Source: Anolis carolinensis (lineage: Eukaryota). Taken from it: 64,000 bases of DNA. The first letter of the stretch is position 1. Each line of letters opens with the position of its first letter. The notes below the pieces were generated by a model that was given only the letters and a program-made list of their open reading frames with translations, was not told where the DNA came from and made no database searches. The stretch covers positions 184,714,107 through 184,778,106 of the forward strand of contig NC_085844.1 in NCBI RefSeq assembly GCF_035594765.1, read 5' to 3'. Both the position numbers and the translations under genes were made by a program. This document shows positions 25,464 to 37,551 of this stretch, piece after piece.

Positions 25464-26296
25464 CTAAGCATACAGTGTTAAGGAGAGCACAGGCTAATAT
25501 AAAGTTATTTCACTTCAGTATTTATTTCAAGCTATCAAGGTAGAGAAGCCAAGATAAACTCTGAAATGTGAATAACAGAACCAATGCATCATGCAATTGT
25601 AACTGTACTAGAGAGCACTAATTTGACATAGTGAAGGCTAACTTTCAATGGGTACTTGAAATCCCAAGATGAAAAGCAAACATCTGTCTGATAATAACAC
25701 ACTCACTTGAAAGAAGAACAAAGGGAAACTGCATCTCCACAGCAAGGAAAATAAGGTGCGAGGGAACAACCGAAAGTGGGGAGAATCACTAACTGAACAA
25801 CTCCAATTACCACCCACCTCTGACCGCAGAATTATCTTGTTTCTTGCTAGAACTTCTAAAACCCCCAATTCCATAAATTCAAGCCTAGTGAAAGGGACAA
25901 ATGCTTAAAAGTAAAGAATTCTGAGAGAAATTATTTCTGAGTATTTCAATAGACCTCTGTGATCTTGCATAAAAACGTACCCCAAATATTTCCTGATTTC
26001 AACATTTCACTTTAGATGAAAAGAAGAGCAATTTACAGCTATTATTATAAATGTATGGCAGTCAGAAATCTTAGTCAACCTATCCAAATAATCCTGAGAT
26101 CTATCTGTAGATATAGCTGTATTTTCTACCCTCTGATGATTTAGAATACATGCAACATATGTGCTGATCTCCTAATCCTTAGAAACAAAGAGATTTCAAA
26201 TCTGTGCATGTATCATCACACTTGGAGTACACCAAGGATCTGAATGGTTCAGCCACAACCTCACAGTGGGAGTCTAGGACAACTAGAAAAAGATAC
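25464..26296 (-). other. RNF220: U12-type (minor spliceosome) GT-AG intron, 833 nt
   Basis: Donor GTATCTTT; branch site TCCTTAAC (25477-25484) ends 13 nt before the exon; no polypyrimidine tract. Confidence 0.9.
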
Positions 26297-26393
26297 TGTG
26301 GTTTCCCGTATTCCAGTGTGTCGTCTCCATCCACATCAAGATCAGCATCACTGTCTGGATTCTCCTTGCCGCTGCACATGACAAACCCAGATC
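26297..26393 (-). CDS. RNF220: RNF220 coding exon (97 nt): (G)SGFVMCSGKENPDSDADLDVDGDDTLEYGKP(Q)
   Basis: Within ORF 26179..26421; ttccttacag acceptor; phases 1/2. Confidence 0.96.
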
Positions 26394-26711
26394 CTGTAAG
26401 GAAAAGAAATGTGTGGAGCATTTGTCACTATACTTAGTTCTAAATAGAGGGATACAAAGTTAGGGATGGGGGAGACTGGGAGAGAAACAGCAATTTTATC
26501 ACAGGCTTGCAGTAGTTTCCTTCCTCTGTAATAAGGCTATCTGATATGTGGGACGTACAATTACTTTTCTGGAATTCGCTAAAGTTTGTCACCATATTTA
26601 TGTCCACTGTCTGCACTTGTTTCCTTCTTTCCTGGCAACCTACAATTAACCAATGGTTTGGGGACTAATACTGCTCCAAGGACCACCACCCTGTGAAGCA
26701 CTGCTATAAGA

Positions 26712-27045
26712 CAGGGGTGGCAAAGCACAGTTCTTAGGCCATTTTTATAGCTCATTTTTTGCCTTCAAAATGCATTTAAAAGGCATTTTGCCTTCCTCCT
26801 GGCCATTTTAAGCCAAGGTAAAGCACAAAGTAAATAGAAAAGCAAAATACACCTTATAAAAAGGTCTATTCTGGGCCTACAATGATCTCAGCAGGGGGCC
26901 TCTAAACATGGTAAAAATGAGCCCCACAACCCCTGGCAGCAAAGACATGGGTGATTTTGGGTGAAAGTGCAGTTGACGTACAACCTTCCAGTGTCTCCTG
27001 AGGGACTAAGGAAGCCCACTAGTGTCTGACAGTTACCCATCCCTG
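26712..27045. mobile_element. Old hAT-type MITE
   Basis: CAGGGGTGGCAAA...GTTACCCATCCCTG degenerate TIRs; possible 8-bp TSD matches 5 of 8. Confidence 0.35.
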
Positions 27046-28199
27046 CTTTAGGGTCTGATGAGATTGTACCGGGTTGTGTGTAATAGCACTAGCTGAAATT
27101 ATTTTGAGTTGCTTAAATTTGACAGCATTTATTAAACAGCATTTATTCTCTATTTTGACTTATATTATCCCCTCCTTTCCAAACTACCTAGTAGGGAAAC
27201 AGAAAATTATGGGGAATAACAAGTCTCTCAGATGTTGGCACTGTATCATGCAACAGAAAAACATCACACTCAGGCAAGTACAAGCAGGCTTGTGATTTAT
27301 TGAAATTACTGTGGCAAGCAGAAGGAACAAAACATAATGAAATATTGAGGTATAACACAGGAAAAGCACAGCATAGAATATAATTTGTAATAAGTCCCTG
27401 CAGAGATGGTCAGGTGGGAAATGCATACATTGGAGTGATACCTGATGCAGAATGCTTGGGTTTTCAAGAAGGAAACAAATTCTAGGCATTACCATCATTT
27501 CTGTCATAATCTTTCATTCTTTCATAAAACTGAATTGTCAGTCTTCCCCCATCCCACCATTAGATTTGACCATTTCAGAAAATTTTAATGAACAAAGAGC
27601 AAGGGGGACCAAGGTGCAGTACAATGGAGGTACTTTAAAGAAAGGAATGCATTTAATATCAAGATGACATGATCAAATACTCAATAATATATAACAGAGA
27701 ATAATACGGCCCCAAATTATAACAGGGCAGAGACAGCATAATTTTGGGAACCAGACCTGAAGTACAAAAACAAAAATAGATCAAGTTATCTGAGGATTTC
27801 TTTCACATAAGTTTCATTAGTATTTCCCACATCTCTGAGGACTATTGAGGGGTGGGTTAGAATTCAATATTCCTATTCTGAATTCAGTAACCTAGTATTA
27901 TATGGCTCAAACAAGTAAGCAAAGCAAATCAATGAAAATTTATTCTATTTAGTGTCTTGACTACAATTTGGATATTATTTTACAATTAGAAATTCTGTAT
28001 TCAGAATTATTCCACTCCTTTGCAACTATAAAGGCTTGAATATTGCTTTCAAAAAATAAAGCAGAGATTTTCTGGACAGTGCAAGAGACATTTGATACTA
28101 TATGTACTAGACATTATGAAGAACTCAAAAACATTGACAGCCTAATTGGAATACCGACTGAAGTTTATCCTTTAGCTAACATGGTTATTCTCTTTTAAG

Positions 28200-28365
28200 T
28201 CAGTGTAGTATAGTGGCTTGAGCACTGGACTATGATTCTGGAGACAATCATGTGAATCTTTGTTTAGTCATGGAAAGTCATACCCTCTCAGCCTCATAAG
28301 AAGGCAATGGCCAATCTATGAACAACTTTTGCCAAGAAAAGTCCTTGATAGAATCGCCATAACAA
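28200..28365 (+). mobile_element. Old tRNA-derived SINE
   Basis: cagtgtagtatagtgg..gagcactggactatga..ctggagac head and aggcaatggc...gccaagaaaa tail. Confidence 0.45.
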
Positions 28366-28606
28366 CTAATAATCTCAATTAAATGCAAAAGATATCCAAG
28401 TTTTCTCAGTAATAACTTAACTAGCTACTCTATAACGCCTTAGAGATTTAGCAGGACAGAGGTGCCAAAAGACTGGGAAACTTCACTGAACTAGGTAATT
28501 TGGAAAGGAGGGGATTCTATAAAAACAGATTTTTCATAAATCAAAATATAGAATAAGGCTGGTAATGCAAATTCACATAGGCATAGATAAAAGACCACAT
28601 GGATAT

Positions 28607-29253
28607 TGGTCTCCAACTGGCTGCTGATATGTTTCCAGTCCCAGTTCAAGGTGCTGGTTATCACCTATAAAGCCATAAACGGTTTGGGTCCAGCCTATCT
28701 TTGCAACATTTTCTACTATGAACCTGCACAAACTTTAAGATCTGCTGGGGAGGCACTTCTCTCTCTCCCAAAACACAGTTGGTGGGGACAAAGGAGAGGG
28801 CCTTCTCAGTGGTGATCCCTGGCTCTGGAACTCCCTCCTGAGAGGAATTAGATTAGCTCCTACCTTGGCCACATTTCGTAAAGACCTGACAACCTGGTTA
28901 TTTCAATGTGCTTTTGATTAATTTGACACAATTTGATGGAAGTCCTTTTACCTCCACCTATACCCAGCCACTGCACTTTTTTACTGGGCCATCTTATTAA
29001 TGACCTTGCAATATATTGTACATGTATAATTTGTTGCCTTGCCTCCAATTTTAGAACACGTCCGGCTATTGGTTATTGGTTGTTGTTGAATTTATGCTTT
29101 TATGATTTTTATGTTTTTATGTATTAGTTCATTGTAATTGAATGTATCTTATGCTGTTGTATTTTATTGTTACATTACAGGGCTTGGTCTCCATGTAAGC
29201 CGTCCCAAGGAGATGGGGAGGGATATAAGAACAAAAGTTATAATAATAATAAT
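28607..29253 (+). mobile_element. L2 LINE 3' fragment
   Basis: FKVLVITYKAINGLGPAYL (L2 ORF2 C-terminus); 3' UTR homologous to 45244-45716; microsatellite tail. Confidence 0.85.
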
Positions 29254-29268
29254 ACAAGTTATAATAAG

Positions 29269-29350
<82 letters not shown>
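29238..29350. repeat. Compound microsatellite (AAT)n(GTT)n(ATT)n
   Basis: Read directly; derived from the L2 tail. Confidence 0.95.
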
Positions 29351-32300
29351 CCTCTCTTCAATCTCTTTTATCTGAAATGTTCAGCTCTGTACACCACCTC
29401 TTATTTTACACCTACCTTCCTCAAACACAAAGCAGAAGTTATGGCTGTATGAATACACAATAGAGGCAAAAACTGAGGATGGGGAAAATCTAGAAACAAA
29501 AAGCATTTCTTCACTTCTACAATACCACTTCCACAAAATGAAGAGGCCCTTAGTTAAGTCCTTACTATGATCTACTTTCCAAAGACTCTCCTTTTCCCAA
29601 CTTTTCACATGTGCTCTGGAAGCTTGGTATACAGACAAGAGTAAACCTGAGAAACAAATGTCATTACACTTTAAAACCTGGCATGCAGAATGTTCTCTCT
29701 TAGAAACACATTTAAGAAACTTATCAGATAGGATTACTTTCTCCCACTTGAATTTCTTAAATGTTTGTCTTACAATATCCTACATCCCTAATTAGTTACC
29801 ATTTTTAGCTGAGCCTGATAGAAATAACAGGCAAAACATCTGGAGGGACTCAGTCTGAGGAAAATGTGCAGTGATCATGACCACTGCTTCATTTTTACTT
29901 GTCCTAAAAAGAAGTCATACAGATGCAGTGGACAAGACTGATGTGGGACTCTGATGGAAAAATGAGGAGCCACAAGTAGGATTATGGTCAGACTTTCCTC
30001 AGTAAGCACCTTTATTTTTTATTTTTTTTCTTAGAAAATGCTCAGGATTTAGCTACAAAGATATGATGATTCAGAAGACAGGATAATTTTTGAACAATTT
30101 TGAAAAAGATCTGTTCAATTCTATCTCAAGACTCATAACTGCTCTACTACTAGGCTACTTTCTTAAAGTACTCTGTTGTCCCTCCTATAATGTTCTGATT
30201 CTTCTGAATGAATACTGCATTACCTGGCAATCTGCATATAATCATCCAAATTCTGCAGCCAAAACAAAAAGTAAAATTAAAAAAGCATTACATTAATTAA
30301 TTTGAATCAAATGTTGAATCAAGTCTGTAGGTCTCCTTTTGAAAGATTGTGAAATTTTGTCCTATTACAGAATCTCAGGGAGCATGTCACACTTTCTGGT
30401 CACCTTTGACAGAGAAAGGAAGACTATCAATTCTAAGAAAACATTCTCATGTTCCATCAGAGTGTTATGGATGGCAGAAGTGGCTTAGATTTTTTAGTGT
30501 GTGGAACAAAATAAGGTCCTACCCATGGGAAGACTTGATACATAAGCTATACTATCCACCAGCTTTAAACAGTCATGGATCCCTGCTCTAAGCTGTCTCG
30601 AAACTCAAGAGAAGAAAGCTTTTAATTCTTGAGCTGCCTAAGGTAGCATTGTGGCCATAGCATCTTAAGATGATACACATGGCTGAAAGTGCCCATAAAC
30701 AGATCTTGTGCTCAGCATAAAGATGTGCTTAAAGATGGTTTGAACAGGGTCAAAGCTTTTGTTGAACCTTGTGGCTCAACTCATTCACATTTCTTGACTA
30801 CAGAGCAGTGAAAACACCACAGCAGCTGTTTAAATATTTGAGGTCTAAACTGGTTCAAATTAATTATTCATTCTTGGTTCATTCAAACCAGATTTCTACA
30901 CAAAGTACAGCTATAAATGGATTAAATAGGATGTTCTCTTAAAGCACGACAACCCAACAGAGTCATACCTGATTTGTGTGTGCAGATGGAGATGAAATGA
31001 AAGGGTCTAAAAACTACTACTCTTTGACATAAATGCAATATCATCCTGCAATACGTGGACTGCCGAAAATCCAAGCGAGAAAAATGACCAACAAAAGTGT
31101 CTCAAAGTCATTCTATTATTGCCCTCTTCACAACTCTAGCACACATAAGTAACTGTTTGAGGCAACATATTTCAGGAAAGGGAGAATACAAATATCTTTT
31201 AACAAATTTAACCTTACTAGTCTTTACAGTTAAGGTCAATCTATCCTCCATGTTTTATGTCTTCATCTCCCTGCTTTATTTATCTCTTATTGAATGAGAG
31301 GGGAAGGATGAACACATTATTTAAGTGCACTTGTAAAGCACTTAAGTATTATAAAGAGAAACAGAACTTTGAAAGGTACGTGCAACTGTTAGGTGATCTG
31401 AGTCTTGGAGAAATGACCAAGACCAATAGAAGGAGGTCTTCTAAGGGAGGAAAAGGTGCATGAGATGGGCATGAACCTTTTACAAAATTTCTATATGGAA
31501 AGGTCTGTCAGTTACCTAACCTGTGGTTTGCTTACCAATTGTTAACGCTACTAACAAAGTGACTGGATACATTTTGATTTAGAATGCTTGTTGCAAATTG
31601 CTTTTTTCCCTTCAAATTCTATTATTTGTAACCAACAACAAAAAAGAAAAAACCTTGTTTTCTTATGCTGCATTTACCCTCAGAACCGCTTATCCAGCTC
31701 CCTCTTCCATTCTGAGAAATCTCTTCCATACCACCATAATATACTATCTTCCCAAGAGCTAGAATGTCATGAACTCTCAAGGTAAGAATGTGAAGGGATG
31801 TTGGTTCAGAGAAAAGTATGAGGTGACCCTTGGAAAGGGATGGCCCTTTGTTTTTAAAAAACAGATGAGCTAGGGCTAAAACTACTCTAGAAATTATACT
31901 CCTTAAGTTTAGGACGGGGTAATGAAGGAGTTGTTTCATGGAGATATAGGCAACACATACACAAATGTCTTTTCTTCTGATTTTACAAAAGGATGTAGCC
32001 TGGGAGAAAAGATTCTGAGGAAGAGTCTTGACACAGACCAAATTGCGAGATTTGTGGCAAACAGTGCCAAGTTGCCTCTTTCCAATGCCACTTTTTCTTT
32101 TTCAGCATTCATTATTTTAAATCCTGTCAAACATACATCAAAAAGAATCTGGAACAGACCAAGGATCCATTTAGTTCAGTAAATCATTTCACAAAGCTTT
32201 TCAACCAGTAAACTTCGGAACATTAATAAACTTTTTGTGGTACTGTGTTACTTCCAGAATGGCCCCTTGCAGCTACTATTAAGATACATTACTCTGGAGA

Positions 32301-33320
32301 TGAATATTTCATTCATCTGATAGCTGTCAATAGTCTCATTCTTCAGGAATCTATCCAATTCCCCTTTAAAGCCATAATCACTTATTCTAAATCTAACTAA
32401 TAAGAATGAAGTTCTCAGTATTTATACCCACTTAGATCACTATTCCAGATTAGAAGGTAACAGAGTATATAATATGAATGCACCATTGAACAATTAATTA
32501 ACAACACTATACCTAAATAGTAACTTAAGCAGTGTCAATAAGTAAGAGAATGCCAATTCTGAAACACCTTTTATCCTCAGAATAAGGGAAATGTATGATA
32601 GTTATTGGATTCATTCAAACATAAAAACTTGTGTTTTAAGTCTTATTTGACTCCCCCAATATAAAAGTAGAATTTTGCCGCCTTACACCTCTTATCTGCA
32701 TGATTTTGTCTGTATAACACTCATCCTTGGTGATACAACTAACTTTACTAAAACTAAAACACAGTTCTCTGACATTCTTAATCTAAGATGCCTCCTTGAA
32801 AGTCCAGACAAACAAGAGTGAGCATGCAGGTCAGACTCTGAGGCCATTAAGCCGGGAAAAAACAAAGTTACTGTTCTGTCTCTGATCCCCATTGCTCTTG
32901 TAGGCGGCTGCTCTGACAAGCAATTCCAGCACCGGTATTGAGTGGCACCTCTATAAACCCTGTGACAGTTCAGGAGACAAACTCTCTCATCAGTCAGAAT
33001 GTACCTATCAAGATCACTTACCTTGAGAGCACAGTAGCCCTCCAGCGCTGTGTACACAGCTCTGCTCCGCTTGCCCTCGGAGCAGCTGGCCCCAGCGCCA
33101 AAATCGAGTTAATGCTGAACATTCTAGGAGTTCAGAACAAGAAACATTCCTGCTGAGATATGAGTACAAAAGCTTGCAAAGAGCAATGAGGCCAATCTCA
33201 GAGGTGCAGCAGGCCAGCTTTAATCTGCACATATTATACAATTCTAGCCCTAGTTAATATTCACACTGAAAATTGATTATTTTAGATTGTACCACCTTCA
33301 ATAGCATAACACTTTTTACA

Positions 33321-33507
33321 GGCCTGATCTCATCTGACTTTGGAAGCTAAACAGGGTCAGTATTTGGTTAGTCACTAAGTGAGAGGCAGGTAGAACTAGG
33401 AAATAATCCTACCTGAAACCCCAGGAGCTCCTGCTGTCAGTCAGTTGACCATACTGGGCTAGACAGAGCAATAATCAGACTCCATATAAAGCAGCTTCCT
33501 ATGTTCA
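33321..33507 (+). mobile_element. 5S rRNA-derived SINE, degenerate
   Basis: gcctgatctcatctgactttggaagctaaacagggtcag...tggttagt matches the 5S rRNA internal promoter region; 3' end gcagcttcctatgttc. Other 5S-like fragments near 50070-50125 (+) and 60960-61045 (-). Confidence 0.65.
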
Positions 33508-36415
33508 TAGTTAATTTCTTCTAAGGAACATTTTTCCAGTTAACACCTACCTCTATAATGCTTAATGTGAGTAGAACATATTGCATGACTCAAGTGTTAG
33601 TGTAATTAAGCAGTTTCAAAAAATCTAATCGAGAACACTGACATATCTTCTAGTAAACTGTTAGAGGGTGTATTATGAAATTCATTTAGAGCTAAACACA
33701 AAGTCACCACTAGTCTGTGGCATTAACTGTTATGGAATATGATGGTGATCAGTTGAACACCTGAATTAAAACATTAATTAATCATCTTATTAACAAAAAT
33801 GATTAAGTCATTTAAGTCTCTTGTGGTCTGTCTTCTGAAAAGGAAAAGAGTTCATTTCTTGTCTATAATGCACAAATTTCCTCTCCATCATAAGTCAACT
33901 AGAATGTAGGGAACAATAGACATTGTTGTTCATGCGACAGTAAAAGATCAAAAGCCTCCCTGCTGGAAATTTCCACAGCACTGTTGGAGTAGGGAGTCCT
34001 TATGACCAGGAATGTCAATGATTTGAATCACCATCCTCTCAGAAAATCCCACGATTGAACTCCAAAATAATATTTTTAACTTTACAAGTGGAAACAAATT
34101 TTAGAAATGCTATTGAGTGAGTTGCTAGCTTCTCCCTTCCCCACTATATATCTTTTTGCCCTTTCAATGTTTTTAATGCCTAAAGAATATGTATTCTCTC
34201 TTGTCAAGACAACAGTCCACATCTCTTTTTAAAAAGAGACAAATGGATAGCTCTTGCAATGGTCCTACTAATTCAATAACATTTGGTGCGTTATTGCACA
34301 CTTTCATGGGATTGGGGCTCATGACACCAAAACAATAAGGAAGAAATTGTTTGACACCAAAATAACATTGCTAAAAACTGGAAGTCGCAATGAAGACTAG
34401 CGAAGCATTCCCTATTATTCTTACAAAACTTCCTTGAGTTATCTCAAGCTGTTTAAAAGCCCTTAGCCACGTTCATTTACAATGCTCCATAAAAATATTA
34501 AAATTCAAGCCTACTTCTCCAACAGTTTGATAACAAATTATTTAGGTTGACTCAAATCCTACTAGTGCAATGAAAATTATATAGTTTCTTGCATGACTGG
34601 GGCCAGGTAATAAATGTATGCCTCAATTCTGTGTAGAGTAGGACACAAAAACCAGGGATTCAGCTTGGAAATGTTACATAATGAAAAGGCCAGACACGAA
34701 CTATTTCTTTTCTGAAAAAAGCCATTTCCACAGCCATTTACTTCACTATTGCCAACCCTTTTATAATGACAACAGAGTATCAACTCCATCTTCAAATGAA
34801 CTAGTAAAAAGTGAACAGCAGAATTAAAGCAGTTAACAAACAGAATGTCTTTATACACAGTGCTTATTAATGGGGATGGCAACTTGCCTATTTTTCCTCT
34901 CAATAGCCAAGTGAAGTGATTGTCAAGTTAAAGAATCGAGTATACACCGACTTCAGAGTTTCACCACCTGGACTGTTAAAAATTGACTATTTGTTTTTAC
35001 TCATTGTCATTGTAAGACCCGTTATTTGCAGATGATATGTTCTAAGACCACATACTGTGGAAACGTGAAACCACCAAGAGTTCACCTTAAAACCTTATAT
35101 TTTCAAACTGCAGTTGACCACTTAAATGTAACCTACTCATCACAGTGTTATGGGGCTTGGAAACAATGCTTGCAGTGACTGGGAGGGAGACTCCTTTCAT
35201 TCAACTACTGCCTGAGGTCGGGGGAACTGTTCTCAACTTTCCTCTAATTGCTTCCTAAACATATACAACAATCAAAAGGTAGAAGAAGGTCAAGCTCCAA
35301 CCCAAAAATAGCATAGAATCACACTGGAGGAGAGCGAGATGACCACAAACATTTCTCTGTGTGCACGGAATACTCAGTCTATAACTCTTACCTTCCCTTT
35401 TTAAAACTACCATATATACTTGACCATTAGCCAAGAAATTTTAGGCTAAAAATTTATCTTGAAAACCCGAGTCAACTTATCCATGGGCAGTGCTGGTTTG
35501 TATATGGGTTGAGAGGCTGGAATGCCCAGCTTGGGGAAAAAGGAAGAAACAGAGGCTCCAAAAATGTCCCAGAGCCTGTCTCTGCATATTTCAAGGCACA
35601 AGGAAGCTTGCTGGGTTGCTTTTGGCCTTCTGTGCTCTGGTACCTCCTGCCCCGCAACAGCAGCAGCCACAGCCTTAAAAACCATCCAGAGCAACTGCAT
35701 CAGACTGGGCCTGCCAGGGTAGGGTGTGTGTATGTCAGGGGTGTTAACAGCCAAAAAGCAACCCAGCAAACTGCTCTTGGTTTGAGACAGCCAACTTCTG
35801 CATACCTCACGCTGTGAGGAATTTTCTGGGTTGCTTTTTGAAAGTCTGTTCTCTCCAAGTCCCTCTTCAGCCCAACACTGGGCATAGTACCTTTTATTCT
35901 CAGCTCACTTTGCAAGAAGTGCATGAAGTGAGTGGTCCAAAGTGAACCTTCCATCCAGTCAAAATGTAATTCTTCCAGCTTTGAGGATAAACACGATTAG
36001 TTATGTCTGCTGGAATTTTTGAAGTTCTTTGGCATTTTTCGCTTGCTTTGCGTTTTACATCTTTTGTTACATGCCCTTAGGTTTTACACTCAACTTTTCT
36101 ATGGGTCGTAGCAAATTCCATTGTGTGGACCCAAAACCTGCCTAGATAAACTTATAACAGAGTATATGCAATAAACCAAAAGCTTTGTAATCCAGTCTTG
36201 AATTCATTTCTACTTCTCGCCTGTTGCACAGCCTTGAAGGAAATCGTAACAGCCAGAACAAAATGTGTTTATAGTGCTTGTGGGTATTTTAGATAGATTT
36301 GGTGGAAAATAGTCTCAACTTAGAAACTGTTTTCTTAAAGTAGGTTTCCCTAATTTGTTTCCTCAAACCAACCCCTAGCTGAGTTCATTTACCTGTTTTC
36401 TTAAAGTGTTGCTTG

Positions 36416-36672
36416 TTTTTTTATCATGTCAGAAGTGAATTGAGAATATACTGCAAGTCGATTCTGGTGTGAGAGAATTGGCCGTCTACAAAGACATTGC
36501 CCAGGGGACACCCGGTTGTGTTACCATCCTGTGGGAGGCTTCTCTCATGTCCTTGCATGGGAAGCTGGGGCTGACAGACGAATGCTCACCCGCGGATTCG
36601 AACTGCTGACCTTCAGGTCTTCAGGTCAGCAGTTCAGCCAGCAAAAGGGTTTAACCCATTGAGCCACCGCGT
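36416..36672 (-). mobile_element. tRNA-derived SINE (Anolis SINE2-like)
   Basis: Homologous to 12733-13004 (gagagaattggccgtct, ttgcccaggggac, ggaggcttctctcatgtc, ggattcgaac). Confidence 0.8.
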
Positions 36673-37551
36673 CACTTTCTGGTTTCTATAAAAGGAATAA
36701 CCACCAAAAAACCAACTATAAAAAAGGTTCAATGTTGCCAGGCCACAATAATAATAATAATAATAATAATAATTATTATTATTATTATACCCCGCTTTAT
36801 CTCCCCTGAAGGGGAGATTTCCTGGGAACCAGTTTTGGCAGTACTTGTTTCCTCAGCTGCTGAAATATCCCTGAACTACCATAGCACCAAGAGAACAAAG
36901 TAGCACAGATGTGGCTTCCCTTTAAACATGTCAAGTGAGGTCTTTGATAGCCAGCACCTGCTGAAATTAATTATTAAATTGCAACTTTCTATTGTTATAT
37001 TGTACTATAAATGATAAAATAAACATGAAGTGAATCAGTAACAGTCATGGCTTCAGGCTGATCGAAAATTAATCTGACAACAGAAAGATAGTAATGTTGG
37101 TTTTTATTGGCTGCTATTAAAGCAATGAAATGCATTTGTGGAATTTATCAAACATAAATAGACCCATCTCCAGTGTACAAGGCTATGCACATGGACTATT
37201 ATAGCAGAAATACCATTCCAAAGTCATATTTCATTCCACAAGAAAACAAACAGAATATAGGCTGGAAATCTGCATCCCGATTGCTTTTAGTCAGCTTTAC
37301 TAACAAACTAGAACAGCAGGCTTTAAAAGAAGACTGTATAATTCTATGGTTATTAATTTATTGTAGTACTGATGTATGTCAATGTGAACACCATCAAAGC
37401 TATCCCTTACAAACTATTTGCCAGCAAAAAATCCTTTCTCTCCTGTAAACAGGACCTTAAAACTTGACTAAAAACATTAAACAAATTTCTTTTGTATCTG
37501 TATGGTACTTTGGATAAACTTGGAAAAGTTTCCTCTGTCCATGCTGCTATG

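Noticed and set aside
29138-29463. ORFs with poly-Leu, poly-Cys and poly-Tyr runs (also 45543..45806 and 59248..59436)
   Set aside because: Translations of (GTT)n/(ATT)n microsatellites, not genes.
33321-33390. Possible 5S rRNA gene
   Set aside because: Too diverged and fused to a SINE tail; recorded as a SINE.
36748-36790. (AAT)n(TAT)n self-complementary microsatellite
   Set aside because: Explained as the tail of a short L2 3' end; no evidence of function.
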